A stretch of 64,000 nt of DNA from an uncultured virus (IMG/VR IMGVR_UViG_3300034279_000149). Lineage: Duplodnaviria > Heunggongvirae > Uroviricota > Caudoviricetes. Positions 36,564-46,755 of this stretch are shown here, one piece after another; the stretch's first letter is position 1; each line of letters starts with the position of its first letter. The notes under the pieces were generated by a model. It saw nothing but the letters and a program-made list of their open reading frames with translations. It was not told the origin of the DNA and searched no databases. The translations under genes and the position numbers were made by a program. The stretch lies in IMG/VR virus record IMGVR_UViG_3300034279_000149; one strand, 5' to 3'.

Positions 36564-36890
36564 ATGGCAACTTATTCAAACACCTCGTACGTAGCCAAGA
36601 ACATTGGCACATCAGCGACAACCATTATTCCTGCTTTAGCTGCTGGTACTGTAGCTGTTTCTAGCTGCATCGTGTCTAACACTTCTGTTTCGCCAATAAC
36701 AACTTCTGTCTACCTTACACGAGCTTCCGTTAACCACTTTTTGGTATATCAGGCTACTGTGCCTGTTGGTGGCTCGCTTGAAGTAATCCAGGGGAATAGA
36801 TTAGTGATGATTACTGGCGATTCTCTTTCTATTCAGAACGGCTCTGCTTCTTCTGGTGATGCCGTGGTATCTGCTTTAACGGCGGTATAA
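36564..36890 (+). CDS. Small beta-rich virion protein
   Basis: 108-aa ORF in the operon. Confidence 0.6.
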   Translation: MATYSNTSYVAKNIGTSATTIIPALAAGTVAVSSCIVSNTSVSPITTSVYLTRASVNHFLVYQATVPVGGSLEVIQGNRLVMITGDSLSIQNGSASSGDAVVSALTAV

Positions 36891-36891
36891 C

Positions 36892-38139
36892 ATGGCCTAC
36901 ATCGGGAACACAGTTCAAAACCAAGGCTTTACCCCAGCCATTGATTACTTCAATGGTAACGGCGTTACTGTAACGTTTACTTTATCCCGCCCTGTTGCTT
37001 CTGTAGCGCAGTTAATTGTTGCTATTGATAACGTTATTCAGAACCCAAATACAGCGTTTTCAGTATCAGGCAACTCGATTACCTTTACCTCAGCCCCGCT
37101 TTCTGGCACAAACAACATCTGGGTTGAGTACACAAGTCTTATCACGACCTACGCTGCCATCTCCCAAGACCCATCTGTTATTGGCGACATCTCTGCTACT
37201 GGCGGTTATTTAGCCGAGGGTGACTTTGGTAACACTTTTATTGACGGCACAATCGTTGACTACGTAACAGGCACTGCTCGTATTACTACAGGCCCATCCG
37301 ATGCAATAGCATTTTATAACGGCGGCACAAATGCTCGTAATCCGTTAATGACGTTAGGCGCTACTGGGAACGTAGGTATTGGTACTACTAGTCCTGCTGC
37401 ACCGCTATCTTTTTCAAATGCAATAGGCTCGGTAGGAGATCCTAACAAAATTAGGATGTATGACGATGGTACTCAGATTTATGGCATCGGCATTTCTAGT
37501 TCACAACAAAACTATGTAGTAGGCGCTGGTGGAAGTCATTGCTTCTATAGTGGAAATGCAGGCTCTACAACAGAGCGTATGCGTATTGGTGCTAACGGTG
37601 ATGTAGGTATTGGTCTTGCTGGTAATTCAGGTGTTCGATTATATGTAGTTGGTTCTAATTCTTTATCAACTTCTTGGACAATATACACTGAAAACTCTAG
37701 TGGCGCAGTTCAATTTGGATTGCGTAACGATAATTACATGAACGCACCTTCTGTTGCTAATTATCCAACAACAGGAACAACAGTTGTTATTAATGGTTCA
37801 TATATTGGATATTTATCGTCATCAATTCGCTTCAAGAAAGATGTTGTTGATTACGATAAAGGTTTAGCAGAAGTAGAACAACTGCGTCCTGTTTCTTATC
37901 GTTCTAGCAAACCGAACCAAGATGGTGAATATGATGAACGCACCTATGCTGGTTTTATTGCAGAAGAAGTAAAAGAACTTGGTCTTGAAGAATACATTGA
38001 CTATGACCAAGAAGGGGAAGTTACTTCTTTAAAGTATGCACAAATGACAGCTTTGTTATGTAAAGCAATTCAAGAACTCAAAGCAACCGTAGACGCACAA
38101 GCGGCACGAATCGCAGCGCTAGAAGGAGCAACAAAATGA
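36892..38139 (+). CDS. Tail fibre with C-terminal intramolecular chaperone (peptidase S74)
   Basis: GNVGIGTTSP/ERMRI repeats; SSIRFKKDV, GFIAEEV, KAIQEL. Confidence 0.85.
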   Translation: MAYIGNTVQNQGFTPAIDYFNGNGVTVTFTLSRPVASVAQLIVAIDNVIQNPNTAFSVSGNSITFTSAPLSGTNNIWVEYTSLITTYAAISQDPSVIGDISATGGYLAEGDFGNTFIDGTIVDYVTGTARITTGPSDAIAFYNGGTNARNPLMTLGATGNVGIGTTSPAAPLSFSNAIGSVGDPNKIRMYDDGTQIYGIGISSSQQNYVVGAGGSHCFYSGNAGSTTERMRIGANGDVGIGLAGNSGVRLYVVGSNSLSTSWTIYTENSSGAVQFGLRNDNYMNAPSVANYPTTGTTVVINGSYIGYLSSSIRFKKDVVDYDKGLAEVEQLRPVSYRSSKPNQDGEYDERTYAGFIAEEVKELGLEEYIDYDQEGEVTSLKYAQMTALLCKAIQELKATVDAQAARIAALEGATK

Positions 38140-39236
38140 CCCGTGCTGTAGAACTAGCCCAAGTAGCCTCACTAGGCGTATCCGAGGCATTCAAGAACCG
38201 TATTATTAACGGGGCGATGGTTATTGACCAAAGACAGAACGGGGCTGCAGTAGTCGCAACTGGATCAAATAACTTCCCTGTAGATAGATTTAATATTGGC
38301 TACATACAAAACGCTAAATTTACAGCACAACAAAACGCTGGCTCTGTAACGCCGCCAACAGGATTTACTAATTACTTAGGCATAACATCTTCTTCTGCTT
38401 ATTCAGTATTAACTGGAGATACTTTTCTAATTGACCAAAGGATTGAAGGTTTTAATATAGCAGACTTAGGGTGGGGAACTGCCAATGCAGCTACCGTAAC
38501 TTTATCGTTTTGGACACGCAGTTCTTTAACTGGAACTTTTGGTGGATGTTTATCAAACTCTGCTGTAAATCGAAGCTATCCGTTTAGTTACACAATTTCT
38601 TCTGCTAATACTTGGGAATACAAAACTATAACTATTGCTGGTGATACTACTGGTACTTGGCTTACAAATAATGGAATCGGTATTATTCTTAGGTTTGGTT
38701 TGGGTTCAGGCGCAACATTTAGTGGTACTGCTGGCGCTTGGACTGCTGGAAATCTAGTGCAGCCAACTGGAACTGTTTCCGTAGTCGGAACAAACGGAGC
38801 TACATGGTATGTAACTGGAGTTCAGCTAGAGGTAGGCACACAAGCTACTTCATTTGAATACAGACCTTATGGTACAGAACTGATGCTTTGCCAACGCTAT
38901 CTACCAGCTTGGATTTACGGATCAGGTAATGACAATATAGGATTTGGGTATTCATTTAACTCAACACAATCATTTATAGCTATTTCCATTCCTGTTACAC
39001 CAAGGGTTGCACCTACTGGATTAACTGTTACTGGGGCATTTAATATGACTCTTAGGAATGGCGTAAATAATGGTGGTACGCCAGGCTCTGTAACAACTAA
39101 TGTGTTTTCATCAGGAACAAATCAAAGTATTTTGGTGAATACAGGCACAAATAATCCTACGTTAAATGCAGGTGATGGTGCGTTTTTGTTTGCTTCTGGA
39201 GCATCACGAATATTATTTACTGGGTGTGAGCTATGA
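38136..39236 (+). CDS. Fibre/receptor-binding protein, paralog A
   Basis: FKNRIING.M...TGVQLEVG..AT.FE.RPYGTEL..CQRY. Confidence 0.75.
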   Translation: MTRAVELAQVASLGVSEAFKNRIINGAMVIDQRQNGAAVVATGSNNFPVDRFNIGYIQNAKFTAQQNAGSVTPPTGFTNYLGITSSSAYSVLTGDTFLIDQRIEGFNIADLGWGTANAATVTLSFWTRSSLTGTFGGCLSNSAVNRSYPFSYTISSANTWEYKTITIAGDTTGTWLTNNGIGIILRFGLGSGATFSGTAGAWTAGNLVQPTGTVSVVGTNGATWYVTGVQLEVGTQATSFEYRPYGTELMLCQRYLPAWIYGSGNDNIGFGYSFNSTQSFIAISIPVTPRVAPTGLTVTGAFNMTLRNGVNNGGTPGSVTTNVFSSGTNQSILVNTGTNNPTLNAGDGAFLFASGASRILFTGCEL

Positions 39237-39400
39237 TGTATCAACTATATAAAACCATTGGCTCGGATGTAGCAAACGCTGCTACGACTGTTGGTGTTGA
39301 GCCCCAAGTTAGTTTTTTATTCGACCCCAATAACGCCGACTACCAAGCCTACCTCGCATGGTTAGCCGAGGGCAACGAACCACAACCAGCGGACGAATAA
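39233..39400 (+). CDS. Small fibre-assembly chaperone-like protein A (55 aa)
   Basis: Manual translation MMYQLYK...SFLFDPNNADYQAYLAWLAEGNEPQPADE; ATGA-coupled. Confidence 0.7.
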   Translation: MMYQLYKTIGSDVANAATTVGVEPQVSFLFDPNNADYQAYLAWLAEGNEPQPADE

Positions 39401-39401
39401 T

Positions 39402-40484
39402 ATGCCATTGACCACAGTACAACTCGGCATGCAAGGAACCCCACAGTTCTACGGGTTCAAGAACCGCATCATAAACGGCGGGATGGTTATCTCACAGCGT
39501 AACGGTACTTCTAGTATTACGCCTACTGTAGATCCAACGTACAACGTAGATAGATGGTACACAAGAAATACAGCTGCATCAAAAATTAGTGTCCAACAAA
39601 ATGCTGGCTCTGTAACGCCCCCTGCTGGGTTCACAACATATTTAGGGGTGACATCTTTATCAGCGTATTCTGTAGGTTCTACGGACTTTTTTGCAATAGA
39701 ACAGCGAATTGAAGGTTTTAATGCAGCAGACCTAAACTGGGGCACAGCTAATGCTCAAACTGTAACGTTTTCCTTTTGGGTTCGTAGTTCATTAACTGGT
39801 GTTTTTGGGGGATGCCTTAGAAATGGCGCTTCAAACTATAACTATCCTTTTAGTTATTCAATTTCTACTGCAAATACCTGGGAATACAAAACAGTAACGA
39901 TTGTAGGAGCAACAGCAGGGTCATGGGACACATCTAATGGCATTGGTATTATTTGTGGATTTAATATTGGCATCGGTTCGTCTTACGCTGGAACTGCAAA
40001 TACTTGGAATTCTGGTTCTATATATGGCCCAACAGGCGCAACATCCATAGTCGGTACAAACGGTGCAACCTTCTACATTACTGGAGTCCAGCTTGAGGTT
40101 GGCGTAACGGCTACGAGTTTCGATTACAGACCTTACGGTACTGAATTGGCTTTAGCACAACGGTATTGTGTTGTTTATGGTGGCAGTTCTGTCTTTGAGC
40201 CTTTTGGTTATGGGTTTGCCACTAGCACGACGGCAGTAGCGGCAATTTTAGCTTTACCTGTGCCAATGAGAATAGTGCCTTCATTTTCTGCTTCTGGTTC
40301 GGCACAAATTTCAGATGGTGGAACAGGATTTACTATTTTTGTATTAAGTTTAAGTAGTGGTGCAGCGGGTACTCAGCAGGTTACGTTGAATGCAACATCT
40401 AGTGGCTTGACTCAATTTAGACCATATAGAATTGAGGCAACTAACAACACAACGGTTAGATTAATTTTCTCTGCGGAACTATAA
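39402..40484 (+). CDS. Fibre/receptor-binding protein, paralog B
   Basis: Same conserved blocks as 38136..39236, divergent C-terminus. Confidence 0.75.
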   Translation: MPLTTVQLGMQGTPQFYGFKNRIINGGMVISQRNGTSSITPTVDPTYNVDRWYTRNTAASKISVQQNAGSVTPPAGFTTYLGVTSLSAYSVGSTDFFAIEQRIEGFNAADLNWGTANAQTVTFSFWVRSSLTGVFGGCLRNGASNYNYPFSYSISTANTWEYKTVTIVGATAGSWDTSNGIGIICGFNIGIGSSYAGTANTWNSGSIYGPTGATSIVGTNGATFYITGVQLEVGVTATSFDYRPYGTELALAQRYCVVYGGSSVFEPFGYGFATSTTAVAAILALPVPMRIVPSFSASGSAQISDGGTGFTIFVLSLSSGAAGTQQVTLNATSSGLTQFRPYRIEATNNTTVRLIFSAEL

Positions 40485-40697
40485 ATGTACAAAATATATA
40501 ACCAAACTTATATGGGCGTAACGTCACAGTGCATAATTCGTACAGATGGTCCTGACAGCTATACAAGTTTTTTATTCGACCCAGCAAACACAGACTACGC
40601 TAACTTCAAAAAACAAGTACTAGACGGCGCAGAGCTGCAAGACGTAGACGGAAAGCCAATGCAGGACGCCGTTCAATTTGTAAAGGAATTGCCGTAA
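40485..40697 (+). CDS. Small fibre-assembly chaperone-like protein B
   Basis: SFLFDPANTDY matches the paralog A partner. Confidence 0.7.
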   Translation: MYKIYNQTYMGVTSQCIIRTDGPDSYTSFLFDPANTDYANFKKQVLDGAELQDVDGKPMQDAVQFVKELP

Positions 40698-41230
40698 TGC
40701 CAATCAGCCAAATTAACTCAAACTCAATGGGAACGGCTTCGGTTTTACAGCCAGCAGTAGGCGCTAATGTCGCTGGTACAGGCCCAGCGTTTAGTGCTTT
40801 TCCAGTTTCTAATGTAACAATTTCTAGTTCAGTTGAGACCGTAGTAGTTAATAACGGTGAAGTTTTTGATACAAACGGATGTTATAACAACACAGGAAGC
40901 ACAGTAACATTAAATGGAATTTCAGTTCCAGCTTATTCTTTTGCGCCAAATGTTGCTGGATATTATTTAATAACCGTTACTCTTAATACGGAATCATCAG
41001 TAGCCCTATCAAGATTTATTTTGCTCATCGGTACGCCTGGGGGGTCTTATCGTGTTTCTGATACTTTTGTGAATGCTGGCCCTTCATTAACTACGGGGTC
41101 TATATTGTTATATTTTAACGGGACTAGCGATTTTGCAAGTGCAAGAGCATACATTACTGCAACTACTCCAACTTATAGCGGAAGTTTTCCAGTTTCAAGA
41201 TTTAGCGGTCATTTAGTGAGGGCTGCATAA
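40697..41230 (+). CDS. C1q/TNF-like domain protein
   Basis: PAFSA...FDTNGCYN...FAPNVAGYY...FSGHLV. Confidence 0.7.
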   Translation: MPISQINSNSMGTASVLQPAVGANVAGTGPAFSAFPVSNVTISSSVETVVVNNGEVFDTNGCYNNTGSTVTLNGISVPAYSFAPNVAGYYLITVTLNTESSVALSRFILLIGTPGGSYRVSDTFVNAGPSLTTGSILLYFNGTSDFASARAYITATTPTYSGSFPVSRFSGHLVRAA

Positions 41231-42345
41231 TGCCATATATCGGCAATCCCATATACCAAAGTGCTTTTGTAACTGATACATTCTCAGGTAACGGCACTAC
41301 TACGGCTTTCACTATGTCGGTGGCTCCTGCTGGGGTATCGAACGTATTAATCGCTATTAGCGGTGTTCTTCAAGATCCTGCAACATACGGTGTAGTTGGT
41401 AACACACTAAACTTCTCGCAAGCCCCGCCCACTGGTACAAACAATATCTCATGCCGTTATCTTGGCGTTCCAGCAACAGGCGTAACAACCACAGCTTACA
41501 GAACCCAGACCGAGTTCACTGCGACTGCAGGCCAGACTACCTTCTCCGTACCAAGCTACACGCCTGGCTTTATTGACGTATATCGCAACGGTGTATTGCT
41601 TGGCTCAACAAACTTTGTAGCTACTAACGGAACGACTGTAGTACTGAATAACGCAGCATCTTCTGGCGACTTGATTGAAACCATTAGTTTCTTGGTTAGT
41701 TCGGTACTAAATGCGATTCCAGCTACGGCGGGTTCTGTTGGCAGTAGCAACATTGCTAACGGGGTGACAATTAACTTTGCGGATGGTTCAGCATCTACGC
41801 CTTCAATCACAAACGATGGCGACACAAACACAGGTATTTTCTTTCCCGCAGCCGACATTATTGCGTTCTCCGAGGGTGGTGTTGAAGCAGCTAGGTTTGA
41901 TAGTTCAGGTAGGCTTGTGATTGGGGCAACTACTTCAGGTAGCGCAACTGGAGTAATGCAGACTATTAGTAACCCAAGTGCTGCATATACGCAATACAAT
42001 AAAGGAACAAGCGGCGGCGGTATAGTAGGCTCAGAAGGAACTGGTCTCGTATATTACACTTATACTGGTTCTTTAGGCTCTGAAACATACGCTCTGCGCA
42101 TGAGCATTGACGCTAGTGGTAACGTTCTTCCTGGAGTAAATGGCACTCAAAACCTTGGTTCTTCGTCATTGCGTTGGGCTAACTTATTTACAAGTGACTT
42201 ACATCTAAACAACGGTATTGGCAATTACACCATTGTTGAGGGCGAAGAAGATCTTTTCTTGTACAACAATAAGAGCGGCAAAACGTTTAAATTTGCACTA
42301 ATTGAAGTAGACCCAAGTACCGTTCCAGCAAAGATGAAAGAGTAA
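41230..42345 (+). CDS. Tail fibre protein
   Basis: N-terminal domain shared with the 36892 gene; TATAGQTTF; DGSASTPSI..DGDTNTG; DLHLNN. Confidence 0.75.
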   Translation: MPYIGNPIYQSAFVTDTFSGNGTTTAFTMSVAPAGVSNVLIAISGVLQDPATYGVVGNTLNFSQAPPTGTNNISCRYLGVPATGVTTTAYRTQTEFTATAGQTTFSVPSYTPGFIDVYRNGVLLGSTNFVATNGTTVVLNNAASSGDLIETISFLVSSVLNAIPATAGSVGSSNIANGVTINFADGSASTPSITNDGDTNTGIFFPAADIIAFSEGGVEAARFDSSGRLVIGATTSGSATGVMQTISNPSAAYTQYNKGTSGGGIVGSEGTGLVYYTYTGSLGSETYALRMSIDASGNVLPGVNGTQNLGSSSLRWANLFTSDLHLNNGIGNYTIVEGEEDLFLYNNKSGKTFKFALIEVDPSTVPAKMKE

Positions 42346-42346
42346 C

Positions 42347-42898
42347 ATGGGCCTTAATATTGGTGGGAATACCATTAATCCATCTGGCGCTGGTGTAGCG
42401 ATTAATACCAACTTTACGTTTAACTCGTCTGGTTTTGGCACTGTTTCTGGACTACCAGGTTATTCTGGGTGGAAGGCTGGCAGCGATGGATGGTTTTCAA
42501 GCACTGGAGCTGGATGGCAAATTAATAACGCTCAGTGGCAAAATGGTCTAAATACAAGTACTGGCGTGTTCACTTGTCCTGTAGCTGGGTACTACGCATG
42601 CGGACTTAACGGTATTTTAAATGGTGGCTCCAATATTCCAGCGGGGCGTAGTACGTACGGATACGCCGCATTTTTAGTCAACAATGCAATGAGTTATTTT
42701 ATACACTGGAATCTGTCAGAAACAAATGCCTGGAACAACGGTGGCATGTGCTCAATATTTAGCTGCGCTGCGGGCGACACTATAACTCTAAAAATTAACC
42801 AGGCTCCAGTACCAGTCTCAGAAGCGGTTTATGGTGGACTAAACTATGGCCTTTATCCTGACAATCATCATGCCGTTTGGTGTGTTTTGGTGGGCTAA
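42347..42898 (+). CDS. C1q-like domain protein 1
   Basis: GVFTCPVAGYY...CAAGDTI. Confidence 0.7.
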   Translation: MGLNIGGNTINPSGAGVAINTNFTFNSSGFGTVSGLPGYSGWKAGSDGWFSSTGAGWQINNAQWQNGLNTSTGVFTCPVAGYYACGLNGILNGGSNIPAGRSTYGYAAFLVNNAMSYFIHWNLSETNAWNNGGMCSIFSCAAGDTITLKINQAPVPVSEAVYGGLNYGLYPDNHHAVWCVLVG

Positions 42899-42900
42899 CT

Positions 42901-43419
42901 ATGCCGATAAACGTTAACGGAATCTCTCTAAGCTCTAATGGCACAGCTTTAACTATGGCGAATGGTGCTACTAATTGGATGTTAGTAAACTCCAACGGAA
43001 TTATTTCACGTCCACAAACACCAATTTTTCAAGCAGTGTTATCTGGTCAAGCCGTTTTTTATACAGCAAATCCAGTAACTTTTGGTGCAGTACAAATAAA
43101 CCAAGGAAGCTGCTGGAACAATAGCACTGGACTATTTACTTGCCCAGTAGCAGGAAAATATTTGGTTTCAATGGGGGCTATTGCGTCTGGTTCAGCCAAT
43201 GGAGTATCAAGTTTTGGGTATTACTATATTTTTAAAAATGGTGGAACTTATCATTTTAGTCACTGGAATACAGCGACTTACTGGGAATATGGTGGAGTAA
43301 CTGGCGTGGTAGATTGCGCCGTTGGGGATACTATTAGCTATGCAATTACGGGTGGCGGAACTAATGGCATTTATGGTCCAGGTGACCATTGTAGTTTTAA
43401 TATATCTTTGGTTGTTTGA
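42901..43419 (+). CDS. C1q-like domain protein 2
   Basis: GLFTCPVAGKY...CAVGDTI. Confidence 0.7.
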   Translation: MPINVNGISLSSNGTALTMANGATNWMLVNSNGIISRPQTPIFQAVLSGQAVFYTANPVTFGAVQINQGSCWNNSTGLFTCPVAGKYLVSMGAIASGSANGVSSFGYYYIFKNGGTYHFSHWNTATYWEYGGVTGVVDCAVGDTISYAITGGGTNGIYGPGDHCSFNISLVV

Positions 43420-43420
43420 T

Positions 43421-43954
43421 ATGCCAGTTAATATCAATGGATACAATTTATCAGATTCAAGCGGCTTAGCACTTGGCTCTAGTCAGTCAAGAATACGATC
43501 TAGCGGCGCAATTGGCGCGCCTCTTGCTCCGTTTACTCCAGGTGTTTTTGGAAGTAAAGTTTCAACTGGATCTCAAAATCAATACCCTTGGGTAATAGAT
43601 TCAGTAACATTTAATACAAATACGGTGTGGACCAGCAGTACAACATTCACATGCCCAGTTGCTGGGGCTTACTATACATCGTGGGGTGGGATCTGCCAAG
43701 GTAATGGTGGCTCAACAATACCAACATCAGCACTCTCTGGTTATGGGGGGTTGGTAAAAAACGGTGTTTTACAAGGATTTTTTTACTGGGCTACTAACGA
43801 CCATTGGGATACTGTAAATTACAATAGAGTCGTCATATGCGCTGCGGGGGATACATTAACTTGGGCGATTAATATAGCGCCAGCATCAGTTGGAAGTTCT
43901 CCTGGTGCGTACGGCCTTAATCACAACATGTCAACAATTTGGTTTATTGGATAA
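43421..43954 (+). CDS. C1q-like domain protein 3
   Basis: TFTCPVAGAY...CAAGDTL. Confidence 0.7.
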   Translation: MPVNINGYNLSDSSGLALGSSQSRIRSSGAIGAPLAPFTPGVFGSKVSTGSQNQYPWVIDSVTFNTNTVWTSSTTFTCPVAGAYYTSWGGICQGNGGSTIPTSALSGYGGLVKNGVLQGFFYWATNDHWDTVNYNRVVICAAGDTLTWAINIAPASVGSSPGAYGLNHNMSTIWFIG

Positions 43955-43964
43955 AAGGAATAAT

Positions 43965-44249
43965 ATGAATACGGAATATGTTGTAGTTTTAACACCTGTA
44001 GAAGTAAAGGCTTTGGAATACGTTTCAACTAACTGCAATGAGTGGATTCAAAACGCTATCCATGAACGCTGCCGTTTAGCTATGGAGCAGCTAGTTGCTG
44101 ACGAAATTGCTGCCAAGTTAAGTTCTGGCGGCGCTGTTTCTGGTACAAAAGAAGAGATTGTAATGGCCTCTACGTTACCAAACGCTCTGGCAAGACATGA
44201 AGAGATGTATCAACAAATGCTTAATTCAGCCCCTCCTTCAGGCGCCTAG
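43965..44249 (+). CDS. Small fibre-associated protein
   Basis: AAGGA RBS; EWIQNAIHERCRLA. Confidence 0.65.
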   Translation: MNTEYVVVLTPVEVKALEYVSTNCNEWIQNAIHERCRLAMEQLVADEIAAKLSSGGAVSGTKEEIVMASTLPNALARHEEMYQQMLNSAPPSGA

Positions 44250-44252
44250 TAA

Positions 44253-44981
44253 ATGTTCGGAATCTCAGCCTTCGCTCAATCGCCTTTTGCTGCATTAGGT
44301 GGTAATGCGTTTCCTGTGGACGTGGCTGAGAGCTTTACCCTGTCTGACGTTTACGCAGCGCAAGGTGCGTTCCAAGGTTTGTACGATGAGTCGTTTGCCC
44401 TAGCTGACAGTGATGGTGGCGGTTCAACATTTGACTTCTTTGGCACGGTTGCTGACAACATGTCTTGGGATGACCAATCGTTTGGTGTGGCGGACTTGCT
44501 GGTATCCCAGGCGGATTCTTTCTCTTTCTCGGACGCTTACGCTGGTTTAGTAGATTTCGTTGGGGCTGATGCCGAAACCATTACCTTCTCAGACCTATAT
44601 ACAGGCAATCAAGACGCCCTTGGTTTAGAAGAAGAAACAGCCACATTCACGGATGTCTTTGCTGGGCCTGCATCGTTTAACCCAACCGTTGCCGAAAGCG
44701 CTACGTTTACAGACGCCATAACAGGTCTGGCAAACTTCGTTGTTATTAATGCAGAGGTATTTACCTTGGTTGACGCTCCTGCCAGCCAGGTTGATTTTGT
44801 ACCGTTAGTAGCTGAATTAATGACCATTGTGGACTCCCAAATAGCCCGTGGTTGGTTTAGAATTGATGACGATCAGACAGTAGTTTGGCAGGCTGCGGAT
44901 AACTCACAAACAGTTACATGGCAACAAGTTGGGAACGAGCAAAACCCGAACTGGACAATAATCAACAATACGCAAGAATAA
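44253..44981 (+). CDS. Acidic repeat virion protein
   Basis: MFGISAFAQSPFA start; about 9 ESxTFxD-type repeats. Confidence 0.65.
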   Translation: MFGISAFAQSPFAALGGNAFPVDVAESFTLSDVYAAQGAFQGLYDESFALADSDGGGSTFDFFGTVADNMSWDDQSFGVADLLVSQADSFSFSDAYAGLVDFVGADAETITFSDLYTGNQDALGLEEETATFTDVFAGPASFNPTVAESATFTDAITGLANFVVINAEVFTLVDAPASQVDFVPLVAELMTIVDSQIARGWFRIDDDQTVVWQAADNSQTVTWQQVGNEQNPNWTIINNTQE

Positions 44982-44990
44982 GGATTAATC

Positions 44991-45965
44991 ATGGCATCTA
45001 CCTTTTCACCCTCGTTACGCATCGAATTAATCGGTGACGGCGACCAGTCTGGTATCTGGGGTCAGACCACGAACAACAACCTTGGTGCGCTTATTGAACA
45101 GGCAATCGCTGGGGTAGTTACTATTACCATGGTTGACACCAACTACACCATGACCAATTTTAACGGTGTGTCGGACGAAGCACGTAACCAAGTCCTTGTT
45201 TTAGAAGGCACAAATACAGCCCAGCGTAACCTGATTGCTCCATTAGTTGAAAAGACCTATACGGTTAAAAATACCACAACTGGGGGCTTTGCAGTGCAAA
45301 TCATTGGCGCAAGCGGTGTTGGTGTAGTAATTCCAAACGGCGTAACAACTACCGTATATTGTGACGGATTGAACTTTTACCCCAGTATTAATGGCATTGT
45401 TGGAAATCTTGTAGTATCAGGCAATGCAACAATAACGGGTAATTTATCGGTTACAGGCACAAACAATATCATCCCAACAGGTACACGGATGCCGTTTGCT
45501 CAGGCTGCTGCGCCGACAGGATTTACACAAGTTACGGACGATACAGCAACTAACCGCATGCTACGGGTGGTAAATACAGCTGGTGGTGGTACAGGTGGTA
45601 GCGCAAGCCCAATTTTGATGGACGTAGTTCCAAACCATACACATACATTTAGCGGCACTACTGTTGGAATGGACCGAGCTACAGTCCACAGTCACACTTC
45701 TTCTGTATCAGACCCAGGCCACGCACACGCAAATATTATCTCTATTGCGGGTTCAAACCCACAGTTTCGGAGTGCAGGAACGGGTGGAGATGTAATTGGA
45801 CCTACATCTGATACAGGAACAACTGCTGTCGGAACAGGTATTTCTGTAGGTATTGGAAACACTAACCTTGACCACCTTCACGGATTTTCTGGAACAACAA
45901 ACAGCAATGCTGGCTCTAACTGGGCGCCACGTTACATTGACATGATTATCTGTACAAAAAACTAA
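44991..45965 (+). CDS. Short tail fibre with collar domain and HxH motifs
   Basis: WGQTTNNN; IPTGTRMPF...APTGF; HTH/HSH/HAH/HLH. Confidence 0.75.
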   Translation: MASTFSPSLRIELIGDGDQSGIWGQTTNNNLGALIEQAIAGVVTITMVDTNYTMTNFNGVSDEARNQVLVLEGTNTAQRNLIAPLVEKTYTVKNTTTGGFAVQIIGASGVGVVIPNGVTTTVYCDGLNFYPSINGIVGNLVVSGNATITGNLSVTGTNNIIPTGTRMPFAQAAAPTGFTQVTDDTATNRMLRVVNTAGGGTGGSASPILMDVVPNHTHTFSGTTVGMDRATVHSHTSSVSDPGHAHANIISIAGSNPQFRSAGTGGDVIGPTSDTGTTAVGTGISVGIGNTNLDHLHGFSGTTNSNAGSNWAPRYIDMIICTKN

Positions 45966-46282
45966 TGGAACTTAAAACTGTACTTACCTGCCCATTAGGG
46001 GCTAAATGCGAAGAAATCAAAGATAACGCCATTCATCGGTGTGTTTGGTTTCAGACCTTTGCTGGGGTAAACCCTAGTACTGGTGAGCAGGTAGATGAGA
46101 AAGGCTGTTCGATGGCATGGTTGCCAATTCTCATGATTGAGAACTCAAAACAACAGCGCAGCACCTCGGCAGCGGTGGAGTCATTCCGCAATGAGATGGT
46201 TAAATCACAAGAAGCAAGCCAACAAGTATTACTTGCAGCAGCGCTGAATAAACCCAGTGCGCTTAAATATGTAGATGAATAA
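45965..46282 (+). CDS. Hypothetical Cys-containing protein
   Basis: CPL..C......C.W; AAVESFRNEMV. Confidence 0.65.
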   Translation: MELKTVLTCPLGAKCEEIKDNAIHRCVWFQTFAGVNPSTGEQVDEKGCSMAWLPILMIENSKQQRSTSAAVESFRNEMVKSQEASQQVLLAAALNKPSALKYVDE

Positions 46283-46299
46283 GGTGCAAAAATTGATAT

Positions 46300-46755
46300 A
46301 TGTCCGATCTGTTGGGTTTGTCCGAAGGAGCAAAGGGGCTTAGTTCTGGGCTTGATTCTGCTCGTGAAGCGGGCAAGTCTGTCAGTAAGCAGATTGAAAA
46401 CATACAAAAAGACGCCGTAGATGTAGCCCAGCAGAAAGCGCAAGAGCGCATACGGGCAAGGCGAGAGGCAGAATTTAAGAAGGAACGAGCGCTGATTAAA
46501 GCGCTTGATGAGTGGAAGCGAAAGAAACAAATCTCCGATGAGGAGGCTGATTTAAAGATTAAATTTGTAAGGCAGTACGGTGCTAAAGAATGGGATGCAC
46601 TGCTTAGAATTAAGTTGGATATTGAGAATATGGAACGCAAGAACAACGAAGAGTTCCAGCATGATTTAAAGGCAGTAAGGCGGGTGCAGTTCTATTGTTT
46701 TATGGCGGCATTGTTTGTGACGTTGTGGCTTAAGTTTATTTTAGGAGCGTTTTAA
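46300..46755 (+). CDS. Coiled-coil protein with C-terminal TM
   Basis: 151-aa ORF in the lysis region. Confidence 0.6.
   Translation: MSDLLGLSEGAKGLSSGLDSAREAGKSVSKQIENIQKDAVDVAQQKAQERIRARREAEFKKERALIKALDEWKRKKQISDEEADLKIKFVRQYGAKEWDALLRIKLDIENMERKNNEEFQHDLKAVRRVQFYCFMAALFVTLWLKFILGAF

Noticed and set aside
36892..44249. Diversity-generating retroelement acting on the fibres
   Set aside because: No reverse transcriptase seen, and no TR/VR pair differing only at adenines; paralogs differ at all bases
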